Shown one piece after another: positions 1 through 11,974 of a stretch of DNA of 64,000 nucleotides (position 1 is the stretch's first letter; each line of letters starts with the position of its first letter). This DNA is from Tubulanus polymorphus (Eukaryota > Animalia > Nemertea): assembly GCF_964204645.1 (NCBI RefSeq), contig NC_134025.1, forward strand, positions 24,656,299 to 24,720,298. Direction: 5' to 3'. Both the position numbers and the translations under genes were made by a program. The notes beneath the pieces were generated by a model, which was given only the letters and a program-made list of their open reading frames with translations, was not told the DNA's origin and ran no database searches.

Positions 1-3000
1 GGAGAGATAAACAGCAATCGATGCATTAATTTTCCATTAATTTTCCAGATGTCGCTGTTTGTTGATAAAATAAATGCAAAAGAACGTACAGACTCCTCCA
101 AAAAACTATCCGAGACGTTTTCTTCGGCTAACGTCTGGGCAACTGTTGCAGACATAAATTTAGCAGCGAATCGAGACCGTGATTCCTGGTTGAACGTTTT
201 GATTGGTTTATCTTCAGCAGTGGTTTTAGACTTCAACATGGCTTCTGATGGTGAATTACTAGTGCGTGAGCTGGCTGATCCACTACTGCTACTGCGAGCT
301 CGGCCACTCACAGGATTCGAATTATCGCCGATTATTTGAGGTCGCGCTTGTTGTTGCTGTTGCATGAAAGAAATAACAATGCTTAACATAAAATCGCTTG
401 AACAGTGAGATAAGAAAACTAACGGTGCCGAAATCAATAAGAAACAACGAAAGATTACCTCGGGAGATTTTGTGTCAACTGGTAAATATACAGAATCCGA
501 ATCCAACAAGCTTGTGTCACTCGGACCCTTGGCTAAATCACTACCTACAACCATAGAATATAGAACAATTGTTTCACTTGTATGCGTAAATGTAACCGGT
601 ATGCATAAATGAATATTAGCGACAAAGATAGAATGTTTAGGGTAGAGTGCACTGTGTATTACATACAACATTGACACCCAAGGACGAGGAAGCTCAGATG
701 AAAATGAAGAACAAGTAAAGACTATCACCTACCTTCCACATCTTGCACTTCCAGATCAGTAGCAGCGATACTTTTCTGAGGACCGCTCATGTGTAAAGAG
801 GATTCCATTTCAGATTGTGTGCCTAAGAATTAAGTGATATGGATCAAGACACTATTCGAGAAGCAGCTTTCCATTATACAATATCGAATGAATTAATGAT
901 ACTATAGGTACGTACGATGTGACCAAGCTTTGACTGGAGGTTTATCGTATGAACCAGCATATAGACTAGCAGGTGATTCAATTGAGTAAAGCTGAGGTGT
1001 CTCCTCCCCTCTAGAACCTACAAATATGTTTGATAATTATCAAAATACATAATATACAGTCCAATAAAAAAAATCGATTGTCAACACAAAAATTTCAGCT
1101 TGAATTCAAAAATACTGAATGATAGACAAAATGTCAACTCACTTTTAGGTGATGATTTTTGTGTGCTATCTATTGGCAGTGATTTTATCTTGTCTTGCGA
1201 AGACTGTTTAATCAGTTCCTGTTGATGCAGACGTTGCTTGTCAAGAATTTTGATAAGTTTTTCATCTTCTTCACTCGTAAGCTATCACAAGAAACAGAAT
1301 CTTGCAGAATTTTCAATATCCCGGTTTTACAAATACAAATAATGGTTAATGAAAGCTCACAAACCTGTGATGCAGTTGTAAGTGGACATACACCAGCCAA
1401 ATACTGTATCAATTGTATATGTTGACCACAACGAAAATGGCGACCTTTGCCTTGACTAAATAGCCACTCAGCTTTTAAACTACAAGAAATATGAACAATA
1501 TGCTCAACTCAATCAAAATGGATGAGATTAAGAAACTCAATACGATATCTGTGGAATTAACAGCAGAAATTGAGGATATCTGTGGAACAAACCTTTCTTT
1601 TTCAGTAATGATATATCCATCTAAGACTCTCAGATTGATACACCAGTTCACCACAAATGGTCGATAATCATACGCACTTAGAAAACGAATCAAGGAAATC
1701 TTTTTATTAGTCGGCAATCAAAATGGACTACTTAAGTCATCAAGAATTAGAGATTAATATCTATGCATCATTTAGCATCAGTGAATAGAATTGGCCCTAT
1801 TTAAATTCATGATTACACATTTCATTGGTAAAAGGATACTGCACTGCCGTGGTCATGGTCACACATGGGTTGTTCATGACGGAAAGCTGCTCTAGATAAG
1901 AAAGTGAACTCAAGTTCATAACCTATAAAATGAAGACGAAATTGTAGTAATAAACCATAGAAAATATGTTGACAAAACACAGGTCATATTCCTTAGATTC
2001 GAAAAATGTTCATTGTACAGTCTAATCAGGCTTAGGTTAACTTACTTCGTTGAGATCGTTGATTTCGTTTTCAGCAAGCGACAATATGTTAACAGAATTT
2101 GGAAGATAAGATGGGACAAATTTCAATGATGTAATGATGTTTCCGTGTAATAATAATGTCTGAAAGATCAGATGAAAAAACGAACATCTTATTATAATAA
2201 CTCAATAAGAAAGATTAACTCTACCGGCAATTGAAAACTGAATAGAACCCGTACCTTGAGATTCTTTAAGAATGAAATGTCAGAGATGGTACTAATGCTA
2301 TTATCAGATAAATCCAGATGATGAAGGTTAATGTTTGTTTGTATGTGATCTATCACCTGTAAAATGAAACATAATATCTTATAAAGATTTGCCTTTGGCC
2401 CAACCAGTACTCATGTACCAATCTAGATGACAATCTATCTAATATGCATATTTCAATACATCTATACGATATATGCTTACTTTTATACTGTTTCCTGAGA
2501 GATTCAACCATTGTAAATTTATCAGGGGTTTTAAACCTGCAACGATAATTTAGAATATATTCAAGTACATGTCAGATTAACTATTCATGAAGATTTAAAT
2601 AATTTCGTCTTAATTAAGGTTTTTTTCATTCTAGCATTTTGAACAAAGTTATTGACATTCACCGAACGTCTATTTTCAAACACAAGTTGTTTACTTTAGA
2701 ATTTCTCAGCCATAAAAGGCGAAGTTACAATCAACCTGAGAAATCCAATACATCGATTTAAATGAGTAATTTTCAAACAATGAACAAAGAAAAAAACAAA
2801 AAGGTGAAAAAGTACGCACAAAAAGGTGAAAAGTTTATCAGACAGTAGGAACATCAAAATATTATTGCTAGATTGTAAATTTTTTATGTCGGTGAGAAAT
2901 ATTGTCATATCTATACATTTACTTTACACAGCTCTATACATGGCAATTAAAGACCAGTTATGTTTTATGAGTAAAAACACTTTTATTTGTTCTGTCACCA

Positions 3001-6000
3001 AGTGCAAGTAAAGGTGAAGACTGTGAAAGGCATAATAACCATAGAGAAACTACAAGTAATTGACAAAGTAGACACTGCAGAGTGAATATTGCTCTTTCTT
3101 CAAAATTAAGTTCTTTTCCCTGCAGGCAACTTCTAATTTGCAGAACCATATAAATGCCTTTCGCCAAATATGAGAAAAGATTGCCATGTATTTTCTAATT
3201 CTCTCGAGATATAGTTTTTACGGCTTGAATATACAAGAATTTACCTTCAATTGTGACAATACTGTTGTTGGGTAGATTTAAGACAGTCAGCGATAGTAGC
3301 TTTGATAAACCAGCCATTCTTACTATCCGATTACTGGCTAATGACAGCTGAAAATCGTACAAAAAAATCAACATTACAAATGACGAATTCAATAGTTCTT
3401 CAATACATTATGAAGCGAACAATGCTTTCATTTTTGCAAGTCAATTATTTCATTTCAAAACTCTGACAATAAATGATTTGATTCAATCCCAATACCTGTT
3501 GTAGACTTGTGTATGTCTCAAGATTTTCAATTTTTGATATGGCGTTATTATCGTATATGACAGTGGTAACTGAACCACTCGCCATATCCCCGGCCGGGTC
3601 AATCTTCTTCAAGTTTTGACTGCCGAAATTCATGATGCTTGCGTCTTGCTCTGCAAAGACAAATGGCAAACGAATTTTCAAAAAGCATAAAACATTCCGG
3701 GATCAAGCGGAAGCATGAAGAGAAACCTTTCAGGACTGGAAGTCCTGAAATAAAATTATACAACTGATTAATTACTTAACAAGTATAACAATTTTTCTAA
3801 CATTAAAGATACAATAAAGATACCACATTTCTTATTTCTCCAGTAAGTTATGTAAACTATGAAATCAGCCATTCACTTGAAACTCCATTCATATCATACA
3901 TTAGAACAATGCGTACCTTTCATTGTCCACTTTTTCATCATCTTTTTTCAAAACATGACAATCTTTGCATTGAGAAAGTTTTTTTTTTTCAATATCGAAT
4001 ACGATTATGATACAATGTATGCATTTATTCCCAGCACATAATATCTTTTTATCTAAGCCCCTTTCTAAACCAGTTACTGATTGCCACGGTACTGCTGGTA
4101 ATGATAGACGGGTTTTATAATTGTTGCTTTATAGTGGCACATAATGAAACGGAATGGCGAAATAATTATGCAATTCTTTATAGGCGTGTATACCCTATTT
4201 TCAAACATAATTTACATGAAAACAATCGCTGACCTTTGAAAGAGCAATTAATTATAGCTACTGAAATCTATGGTTAAACTTATCAACAGGATTAATAAGT
4301 TTTGTTACATCAATATTTTGCAGTACTCATAACATTAACGTTTAGGTTCTAGAAGCTTAAAATATAATCCCTATAAGCGCAGCAAATTTTGCAATACAGA
4401 ATTAAATTAAGCAACGAAACATATTTTCAAACCGAACAACCAACCGGTAAAAATTTGTCAGGTCCTTCCTCGACTATTATTGCAATCCTAAAGCCACTTT
4501 TCGCAAAAACTTTCTATACAAAATTGCAACACGCGATTGTAAAATGCAGTGAAATAAGAAGAAATAAAGTCTAACTCACGTAGGTCTAACTGCAAACCAA
4601 AGTGATATTCATTTCACAACCTAACAGCCTTCCTATATAAACATTATGTCATACAAATACTAAAAATGTCATTTACAATTCTCTACCTGAAGGTGAATAG
4701 GCAAAAAAGCGAGACAGAAAACGCTGTCAGAGATGATGAAAAGAAAACTGTCTCGATCATTAATCCTCGATATGTCTACATGTCGTCCCTGCGGATATAA
4801 TCACGAATTGGAAATTACTTTTAAATCGTACGCCTCCTCGTGTACAGGTGAAATAGACATAAGAAACTTGCCTTCGTCAGGACTGAAAATATACAAAGAC
4901 ATTATATTCTTTGTCCGATTATGGTAACATAGTACACACAACATTGGCTGTCAGCCAACTCTTACCAAATTTATGGTCTGCGCTGGCGATACCGAAGTTG
5001 ACACGATGCCAAAAACTGTGGCGTGTTTTAGTAATAAATGAGGAAACTATCCTGCTGAGTGGTGCAATGAAATAAAAAATGACTCTCAGTTCGAAAATGT
5101 CATGAAATGTTGGTATATAGGCTATTATTTAGGACATTACGCTCATGTGACATATATGTTTTCAACAAATATCAATAGTATTAAAAGCAAAATTCTTTCA
5201 AAGAGTAATTTTGAAATTCTATAATAAAATTCTCAAGTCCTAAAATATCTTGAAGAGAACTAGTCCATGTGATACCGAATGAGAAACAACTGATAAAATC
5301 TGATTGGCGGGTTAAAACAGACTTGCCATGAAGCGATTACAGGGTACAGAAGTCTTGGATTAGGATTACACGCAAAATTAAATTAAACGTAATTGATCAA
5401 TTCAGACATGCATTATTAATATAAGTACAAACAATAATAGCAACTACCATTGGTAAATATGCATAGCCTTCTAGCAATTAGCTTCACCAAGCTTTAATAC
5501 AATAAAATAAATTGGATTAGTTTTCAATCAATTTTTACGAAGCGTCATATTCTATGACATGAGTTGCACTAACAGGGAAATTTTAAAAAAATCATTTATT
5601 TTAATGACTAAACCGAACATATACTTAATACGGTAAATATCAAATAAGCAAGCAAGAAATTTTTTTTTTCTTTTCCAAATAATCATTACCATTACACCAT
5701 AGTGACACTAAAAATGCAATTTCAATCATCATAAATATCATTTTCTTTGTAAAAAAAAAATGGCGCGAAAATTTAACCTTCTAATTTTCATCAGAACCAA
5801 ATCACAATGCTTATTACAAGATGGGGAAGCGATCAATAATGAAAAACTGATCAAGTGGAACTTCTATACTATTATCGAACTAGAAACTTCTAAGTTTTAC
5901 ATATTTTGTTGAAATATCTGTAAGGGGGTGGACATACCTTGTATAATAGACAATTTAGTATTGACATCACAAGCTCCTGTACCCAGTTTCTCCATAACCC

Positions 6001-9000
6001 AATCATTGTGCTTCTTAAATCTCATTATGAAAATTTCGAGAGAGCGTCAAAAAATAAATTCAGTCCGGACACTCTCGACTTCAATTATAAAATGAAGATT
6101 TAGAATACTGTAGGCCCAATTTTAGATCAACATAGTGACCGCACAGTGACTCAAGCACTTACCGACAAACTTGTTTTCATGTCTTATTTACACGACTACG
6201 TCATTTTTTGAAAAGACTAGGCAAGAATACGGAAACCAATGCGTCGCGTGAGACGAGTTCTCAAGGATGACTCGTTCAATAAATTAATAGCCAAACTTTT
6301 CATTCTTCGAAAGTGTATAAAAAATGAACAATATATTCACTACCGCATTAGTTACTTCAATGAATCAGAAAAATAAAAGATTTCAAACAACGCTATAATC
6401 AGTCTTTATGAACTTTTTGTATATCAGACCTTCAAACAAATTTTTATTTCGATGAAAACTAAATCAAAATCGTGATATCTATGAGTTATGCTTTAGACGT
6501 GTACCTAAACGAATAGTTTGCATATAGGGGAGATGGAGTCGTGGCTATAGACTCTAGAGCAAAATATATAATCTCGGAAATCAATCATTTCTGACTGAAC
6601 ATTGTATCATTTCTATAGATGCGGATAGGTTTATCAATTTGATTGAAAAAGAAGAATTCTACGGTATGAGGTAATAATGCCACCATCGGTAGTGTAAAAA
6701 TGCCAGAAGGAAATAATGGAAATTAATAAATAGATATGTAGGCCTATATATGTTAAAATAGAATAGTAGAACAAAAATAGTTTTGCTTTGATCTAATTAA
6801 TGGTAATGGTAGCAGGAAGCTGTTGTAAAATCAAGTTATTCAATATTTTTCAAAAACCTTTCGTTTTTGTTATTCTGAATTTCAATCTAATGCTTTCAAC
6901 AATACTTTTGATTTGATTAATTACGGCAAACAATCTTAACTGTGTATCTAATATGTAAAATCTTAAAGTATATCATCTAGTAACATCTAGAATTTCAAGT
7001 CCAATGAAGATGAAGTGGGCCTATCATGTTTATTTTTAATTCCCCACCTGTTTCTTTCTGAAATTTTTACCGATGGCATATCTTTACCTCTGCCATCTTT
7101 AACTGGTACTAGGGCTTACCTAATAGACCTAGATTTGAATTCTAGATTGATAAACATTCATTATGTTTTGACTGAGGACATAAATAATAATTACTGAGGG
7201 GGCCATAACAAAAACCTAAAATGTGTCATTTCATCAACAAGTGAGCTTTATTCTAAATAACCAGCACATTTTCCTCAAGTACCAGCGCTAAGAAAAATTC
7301 ACAATGCAACTGTACAAAAAATAATTAAAACCTATTGAGACAGTCTTCATGATTTCAAGTCAGTGTGGAAAGTACAATGTTAACAACCCATTAAATACCA
7401 ACAATAGAGTATTTAGATCAGTACTAAACACTAAGTCACGCTATTTGCTTGAGCAAAGCAAAATTACCTCAGGTGACCAAAATAACAGCAATACAGGCTA
7501 ACAATGATTATGTGACCCGAGGGCGACACGCTAATCCTGTCGAAGGGGCCACTTATTACAAAACTGATTTTTCTGATTTTTGTTTGTTTCTGAATAAACC
7601 AGACAGAATTTCATTGTAAAAATTGCCCTCATCAGCCGAGAATTTATTCTTTCTCAAAGGGCATGTGGACAGGCTTAAGCGTAACTCAGAGGTGGTGGCA
7701 TTTGTCGCTATCTTGACTGAGAAATAACACAAGAAATCAAACTTGATTTCGTTAACAAAAATGAATCTTCTTCACTCAGTATTTACTCTTCACCCCTAAA
7801 ATAGTGTTCAAATCAATGTGGCATTAATTCAAATGCCACCATTTTTGACTGTTGTTGTTCCCAACAAGTCAAAAAGACAAGTCCAATCCAGCTTACAAAA
7901 AGATTGCACTGATGACCAGATGACTAAATATCCAGAAGATCAGTGAGAATACAACTCAAACCGTATACATGTACTATGGAATTCCTCAAGGGCCATACGA
8001 CTTACGAATTACGACTTACGTTTTACGAGTTACTAATGCATTTCCTTGAATACGTTACAACTTACGATTTACGAGTTACATTTTACGACTTCCCTTGTAG
8101 GGGGGTCTGGGGGCCCTCCCCCTGAAAAATTTTGAACTCTAGGGGCTTGGAAACGCTATTTCCAGGCATTTTTCATCTTTGAATGCTGTTAATTAAATTA
8201 CCCAAAAGATGGAAAGTTTGTTTGCAAGTCAGTTGAAAAAAATATCGCAGATTGTGGATCATGCAAATCTTCCAGTTTTCAGTATAGAGCGGGCTACTAC
8301 AGGGCAAAAAATCTGCGCATTGACCATCTGCTGTGCGAACCATCTCAAAATCTATTAAATACTGACAATACATTTCACACTGACTGATGACTGCCCTGTT
8401 ACGTGCACGATGATTTTAATAGACGATCTTTTAATAGATCTTAGCTGGAAATGATTTTAATAATTAGAACAAGATTCATCAATTTAGAAAAAATGTATTT
8501 ATCTTTTTGAAAACACTGGGCTGCATACAGCAGCCATCCATCATCGTTACAGTTATTCGTCTAAAAATTACACCCACGTACAATGAAATGCTTTACAAAG
8601 CTACCACGTGGCCACTGTCCTTGACCTCTTGTGATAGATTGAACCGAAACTCCAACACTTAACTCGTAAATCGTTACTCAAAATTTGTAAAACGTAAGTT
8701 GTAATTTGTAACTCATAAAACGGAAGTCATAACGAATATTCAAGGAAATGTATTAGTAACTCGTGAAAAAACGTAAATCGTAAAACGTAACTCGTATGGC
8801 CCTTTAGGTATTCCATAGTATACACTAAAAATCACGTAAATTTCTAGTTCGAATTAAGAGCCGGGCGTCACGCTCAAAATTACCCTTAAATGCATCTTCA
8901 CCCGTCAAGGGATTCGAACCCACTACGCTAAAGCTGCTCCCCGAAACCCCTTGACCTCACGAGTCGTTGGAGTCGTTACTAGCCGACCAGAATCCGGTCG

Positions 9001-10096
9001 TACCAATCACAGCGCTTGTAACCACAGGCACTTGAATATGGGCTTTGATAATGGATAAATATTTGATAATTCACCAGCGATACGTTAATCCTACTTTGAT
9101 AGATCCGCCATGTTTTATAATAAATTTACCCATGATGCAACGCGCGGCCGTCGTTTAGCTATACTATACAGAAAGGCTGGAAACGATCCTATCTCCGTAA
9201 TGCTTAAATCTACCCGCAGTTATCGGGACAGATGACGTCACAGCAATCCCGAAGAGGCATCGCAAATTTTCAAAAATCAATTTTGTTGCCATTTAAAATC
9301 TTTAATGGAGCTAAAACAGTGTCAATGTTTCAAAAAAAATCATCTACAATTGAAATTATGGGCGCTCCTTATATATCAGGATTAAAATTGACACTAAGGA
9401 CGCACTTCGGCAATCATCGGCAGTGTTCGGCTGTCCCGATAATTGCGGGTAGATTTAAGCATTACGGAGATAGGATCGTTTCCAGCCTTTCTGTATAGTA
9501 TAGCTAAACGACGGCCGCGCGTTGCATCATGGGTAAATTTATTATAAAACATGGCGGATCTATCAAAGTAGGATTAACGTATCGCTGGTGAATTATCAAA
9601 TATTTATCCATTATCAAAGCCCATATTTAAGTGCCTGTGTTGTAACAAACCGACAGTAGACTTCTGTTGGTTTTCCCGTTAAATGGACCAATCAGCGAAC
9701 GTTTTACCGAACAAGGAAGTATTTCGCAAATTGATATATGACGTCATGCGCAACAGCGCCAGTAATGAAATCACCCTTCGTGAGGCCAGGGGGCTGGTGC
9801 AAGCGAGTTCGGGAGTGATACTGGACCCCTGGCAAGCGAGGATGCCTTAAATGGGAAATAAATGAAATTTGAATTTGACTTTGGGAACTGAATCATGGCT
9901 TTGGCCACACGCATTGCGCTTTAAAACAGAACCTGTACAGTAATCCTAGTCTGATCCGAGCATTTAAACATTTCAACTGGTATAAATAAAGCGTTCCAGC
10001 ACTATGACATGCACAGACTTCAGTTGTTTAATCAAATTCGGAGACATTTAAACACGAATTTTACTTGCCTTTCGTCGGATCACCCGCGTCCGCCAT
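1..10096 (-). CDS. CEP97: Centrosomal protein of 97 kDa (LRR protein), multi-exon, 3' end runs off the window
   Basis: Phase-compatible exons on the minus strand: 10096-10069 (MADAGDPTK, inferred first exon, GC donor), 3650-3496, 3347-3245, 2536-2481, 2356-2255, 2159-2046, 1922-1840, 1676-1593, 1479-1365, 1281-1143, 1017-916, 822-733, 544-459, 356-<1. The translation contains [87 protein letters not shown] and [10 protein letters not shown], matching the CEP97 N-terminus as I recall it. Confidence 0.93.
7972..8820. mobile_element. Non-autonomous fold-back/MITE DNA transposon with subterminal TTACGA-type repeats
   Basis: Terminal inverted repeat TACTATGGAATTCCTCAAGGGCCATACG / CGTATGGCCCTTTAGGTATTCCATAGTA. 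The arms are made of ~7 bp TTACGAN units. No ORF. Confidence 0.75.
8858..8983 (-). ncRNA. Candidate structured ncRNA, copy A (unassigned family)
   Basis: Minus strand reads GCTAGTAACGA..TCGTGAG-GTCAAGGGG..TCCCTTGAC-GGGTGAAGATGC. It has a 9 bp stem and shares its flanking motifs with copy B at 9758-9860. Confidence 0.35.
9023..9639. repeat. Near-perfect inverted repeat, 209 bp arms (9023-9231 / 9431-9639), ~200 bp spacer
   Basis: The arms are reverse complements with two mismatches that I could find. Each arm carries AAACATGGCGG and TTTACCCATGATGCA motifs. Confidence 0.92.
9758..9860 (+). ncRNA. Candidate structured ncRNA, copy B (unassigned family)
   Basis: GCCAGTAATGA..TCGTGAG-GCCAGGGG..CCCCTGGC-AAGCGAGGATGC. 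It has an 8 bp stem with compensatory changes relative to copy A. Confidence 0.35.
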
Positions 10097-10308
10097 TTTT
10101 AAACAACCTGATTCGCGCCGTGACTGCTGCCGTAAAAGAGTAAATAAAATTTTTTGAAAATAAAGCGATGTAAATGGTTATTAAATTATCAGTCAGCGGT
10201 ATTTTTCTTTTGAACATTTTTTATGTAGAGAACGTCGCGATAATTTTGAATTGTTTATTTAAAAATTCACCGCGGGCTCATGTGTTCTTTCTAGCGATAT
10301 CCGGAATC
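10097..10308. promoter_or_regulatory. Bidirectional promoter region between CEP97 and RPL24, with TCT/TOP-like initiator
   Basis: The two divergent ATGs are 212 bp apart. A pyrimidine tract TTCTTTCT at ~10285-10292 precedes the RPL24 ATG. A YY1-like AAAATGGCG overlaps the CEP97 ATG. Confidence 0.65.
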
Positions 10309-11974
10309 ATGAAGTGAGTAGAGGACAGATTTGCGAATAATAATCGCAATTTTGTGTCGTCTCGGCGATTCATCGATGCCTATATCTATGGTTAATGCTA
10401 TCTTTAAAAGATATTGAAGGATAAATCGTCATGATTTTCTTATTTCAGGATCGAATTGTGTGCGTTCAGCGGGTTTAAAATCTATCCCGGTCATGGGAAG
10501 CGAATGATCAGACTTGATGGAAAGGTTAGTTTTACATACGAAATGATTACTAAATTTCGGTAATACATGAAATATAATCAACTTATCTATTTATCCTGCG
10601 TAAATTTTTAAATCTACTGCTCATAAAACTTACCAATATTCCAATATAAACGTTTGAAACCTGTCAACCCAATCGAGTCAATTCAAATTTATATGTTGTT
10701 TTTGGTACCATTCATTCATTGAATGCTTTGGATGCGATAGTCTCTTACTTAAATTGTTATCATTCTTTGAGATTTTGATGTCTTGACAAGGCTAGATTAT
10801 GTACTGTCATATCCCCCGAATGTTGACTTTTTTGATGGTTCGCGCTACATTATTATACTCGGAAATTCTAATTTGTGGCAGAAAACCGAAGTTGTCGGAT
10901 ATCAATGATTACTATTGGGTTGGTGGCAGCTAATAGTAAGAGCAGTAGGTTTTAATTTGTATCTTTAAATCTCTTAATTTCAGAGTTATACTTTCATCAA
11001 TGGAAAATGTCAAAAATCACACGTTATGAAGCGCAACCCACGTAAAATCAACTGGACTGTGCTCTACCGACGAAAGCACAAGAAGGGTTTACAAGAGGAG
11101 ACTACCAAGAAAAGAACCAGAAGAACGGTGAAATTCCACCGAGCTATCGCTGGTGCCACCTTATCAGACATCATGGCCAAAAGAAACCAAAAACCAGAAG
11201 TCCGTAAAGCACAACGTGAACAAGCTATTAGGTTTGTAATAGATAACCTTAAATATACTCCCCTCGGCCATTCACTGTGTTCACCCTGCAATATGATATA
11301 CCCATATAGCTATTTGTTGATTATTTAAAATCTATTGAAAAAATAACACGATATCATCTGTCAAATATTGTTTTCGCATGTCATCAATTTTATTGAATTG
11401 AACAAATTATCACCTTAAAATAATAATTGTAAAAATTATGTATTAAAACTGGGGCGGATCCAAGGATTTGAATTTTGAAAATTCTAGTATATTCTTGCTA
11501 AAAACCAAAAGTGTCAAATTGTTGAGCCAAGTGTCTTTTTATTATTGACATAATATTGACTGTTTTTGAACTGTGATTGGTCAGCTGAACGAAAATATGT
11601 GTTTTGTTGGCCAAAAAATTAGGTGTGCTCCCTCTGGATCTGCCACTGCAAAAATCGCACTACCCATTCATTTGATATCTTAGACTTTGATTTTGTTTCA
11701 TGTTTAACTCTTGTTTGTTTTTAGAGCTGCAAAGGAGAAAAATAAGGCCAAGACTGCCCAGAAGAAAGCTACAACCAAGGTAATATCCAGTTGAAAAAAA
11801 ACCTTATTGTTATTACAATTAAAAAGAAGTGTTTAAAAGGAATGGAAAATATAGTGATTCTTAGACTGATTTTGATTGTCTTTTTTGTTGCAGGCTGTCC
11901 AGTCAAAGGGATCGAAACAGAAGGCCGTTAAACAGGTGCACGCCAAGGCCCCACGTGTTGGAGGAAAACGATAA
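10309..11974 (+). CDS. RPL24: 60S ribosomal protein L24 (eL24), 5 coding exons
   Basis: Exons 10309-10313, 10449-10524, 10984-11231, 11725-11779, 11894-11974, all with GT-AG introns. Translation [55 protein letters not shown] at 12005-12010. Confidence 0.98.
10739..10852 (+). ncRNA. Possible intronic H/ACA snoRNA in RPL24 intron 2
   Basis: Hairpin closed by AGTCT/AGGCT, then H-box-like AGATTA (10794-10799), a second hairpin (ACTGTCA/TGATGGT), then ACA (10847-10849). The pairing is weak and rich in G-U pairs. Confidence 0.25.
11450..11649. mobile_element. Short MITE with GGGGCGGATCCA-type termini in RPL24 intron 3
   Basis: Imperfect TIR CTGGGGCGGATCCA ... TGGATCTGCCACTG. Related ends occur at ~13718, 41882-42161 and ~62010. 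Confidence 0.6.

Noticed and set aside
49-339. 96 aa plus-strand ORF
   Set aside because: Antisense shadow of a CEP97 coding exon.
4733-4886. ATGATGA ... CTGA box C/D-like pair
   Set aside because: It is antisense to the host CEP97 intron, the spacing is long, and I identified no guide sequence.
8905-8930. tRNA T-arm/B-box-like GGGTTCGAATCCC on the minus strand
   Set aside because: No acceptor stem, D-arm or anticodon arm can be built. The sequence is part of the hairpin of RNA candidate A.
9095-9111. ATGGCGGATCTATCAAA|GTAGGA as the CEP97 first exon
   Set aside because: The donor is phase 2, incompatible with the phase-1 exon at 3650, and reading through hits TAG after six codons.
8858-9855. 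Short matches to U12/U6atac snRNA (ATGCCTTAAA, GTGACGCCCG, CCCTTGAC)
   Set aside because: These are isolated 8-10 nt matches. The branch-point recognition sequence and overall colinearity are missing.
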